DNA of 64,000 nt from Azolla caroliniana (lineage: Eukaryota > Plantae > Polypodiophyta): assembly GCA_043228905.1 (NCBI GenBank), contig JBHGNT010000006.1:19220001-19284000 (forward strand), given 5' to 3'. Shown piece after piece: positions 62,603 through 64,000 of this stretch; the first letter of the stretch is position 1; every line of letters starts with the position of its first letter. The notes below the pieces were generated by a model. That model was given only the letters and a program-made list of their open reading frames with translations, searched no databases and was not told where the DNA came from. Position numbers and translations under genes: made by a program.

Positions 62603-64000
62603 TCACTTGTCCGTTGGTCCTCTCGGACCCTTACCGGCCTCATTCTCCCCAGTTACCAGCTCGCCTTCTCTGCCGTCTTGGTGGTTGCCGTCGGTCCTTT
62701 GCTCAAACGGGTTCTTAGGCATCGGTCCTCTATATGCCTTCAACCGGAATCCGTTGACCCATTTGCCTAGCACTTCGCCGGCAAGTGTCCCTAACTGGTA
62801 GGACCCATTATACTCCCGTGTTAGCCAATATGGTCCGGTCCATCTAAACCGTAGCTTACCTGGCATCTTGCCCATCCGGGTTTGGAATACTAACACCGGT
62901 TTGCCGATTGCGAACATTTTTTCGTTACCTTTCCTGTGTCGGTCGACAAATGCTTTCCGTCTGCGTTGCTCCAATTCTAAATGTAGGATGCTGGCCAGTC
63001 GTTGTTCCTCGAGCTCACACAGCGCTGTCAACCTTATTGCCTCCGACTCCTTCTCGTTCAGCCTTTCCCGTAGCTGGATCCGTAAGCTAGGTACTTAGAA
63101 TTCTACCGGCATGACCGCCTCGAGTCCGAACGCCAACCGGAACGGTGTTGTTCGGATGCTCGTTTTGTATGCTGTCCGGTATGCCCAAAGCGCGCTATGT
63201 AGCTTTGTGTCCCAATCCGTCCGGTTTTCTTTGACGATCTTCCGGAGGATATTCTGTAGCATCTTGTTTGTTGATTCCGCTAAGCCGTTCGCCTGTGGAT
63301 AGTAAGGTGTGCTCCGTTTGTGTACAACAGCATAGAATGTCGTCAGGCTTTCCACTACTTGGCCAAGAAAGTGCCCCCCTTGGTCACTTATCAATTCAAT
63401 GGGGCATCCGTAACGGCACCAGATGTACTCATATAGAAACTTTGCCGTTGACGCAACGGTGTTATCCCGTAAAGCTTTGGCCTCCACCCATTTCGTGCAG
63501 TAATCCGTAGCAATGATAACGTACCGATTACCCGTTCTCATTGCCGGTGGCTTGAACGGTCCTACAAAGTCTAGCCCCCACTTTTGGAATGGCTCGAGTG
63601 GTAGTACCGGCTGGTGTGGCATATGAGCCTACTCCGTTGGCTGGCCCATTCTCTGGCATAGGTCACATTCTTTTGCGTACCGTATCGCATCTCTTAATGT
63701 TGTTGGCCACCATAGGCCACTTTACCATATTTTTCTGGCCGTCGCATCTCCGGCATAGTGACCTCCGGCCACTCCGTAGTGGGCTTCCCTCAGTATCAGT
63801 TCCTTTTCATCGCTGCGCACCGCCCGTCTCCATATGCCGTCCGCGCCCTTGTGGTACAATGTGTCTTGTAGTAAGCAGAAATGCCAGCTTTGCACCGCCA
63901 GGCGTTTCCGTTCGTCTCGGTTCAGCTCTTCCGGAGGCAGTCCTGTGCTCAGAAACTGGTGCTTATTTGTGAGCCACTTGTCTTCCTGGGCCACCGTCTC
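62603..64000 (-). pseudogene. Element I integrase
   Basis: ILREAHYGVAGGHYAG, KWGLDFVGPF, ATDYCTKWVEA, ISDQGGHF, YYPQANGLAE, ALWAYRTAYKT, GKLRFRWTGPY..VNGFRLKAY. Confidence 0.95.

Larger units (their letters stand above)
58971..64000 (-). mobile_element. Element I: 3' part of an Athila-like non-chromovirus Gypsy; continues beyond the window
   Basis: 3' LTR 58971-59346 (minus strand TG..CA, TATTTAAA box) preceded by purine-rich AAGTAGTAGGAA; integrase and extra ORF upstream. Confidence 0.88.

Overview
Eukaryotic plant genomic DNA, most likely a non-seed plant such as a fern (inferred from Tcn1-like and Phygy-like Gypsy elements and an RTE-X-like LINE). Most of the window is nested, decayed transposable elements around one intact 10-exon host gene on the minus strand (30911..25464, about 735 aa). 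The gene resembles the uncharacterised plant At1g05950/PTHR33913-type family and has a C-terminal dsRBD-like region. Left nest (~790-23407): an old Tcn1-like Gypsy (O) contains Copia A. A contains a Tat-like Gypsy fragment (J) whose LTR holds a hAT MITE, which in turn holds a LINE. A also contains an inverted Copia segment holding Tork-like Copia C, whose 5' LTR holds Copia B. Middle nest (31449-54674): Copia D contains a full Tcn1-like chromovirus (E) and a pol-less, tRNA-Trp-primed Gypsy (F); F's LTR holds Copia G, which holds a solo LTR. Right end: a Gypsy LTR fragment contains Copia H, which contains an Athila-like Gypsy (I) with a ~1000-codon extra 3' ORF. Most notable signals: (1) element E has a self-complementary Tf1-type PBS and an antisense tRNA-derived Pol III A/B-box cassette in both LTRs; (2) a stem-loop of different sequence encloses the PPT/U3 junction in several Copia families; (3) the long extra ORF of element I; (4) the gag-only element F. 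All calls were made by eye, without database searches.
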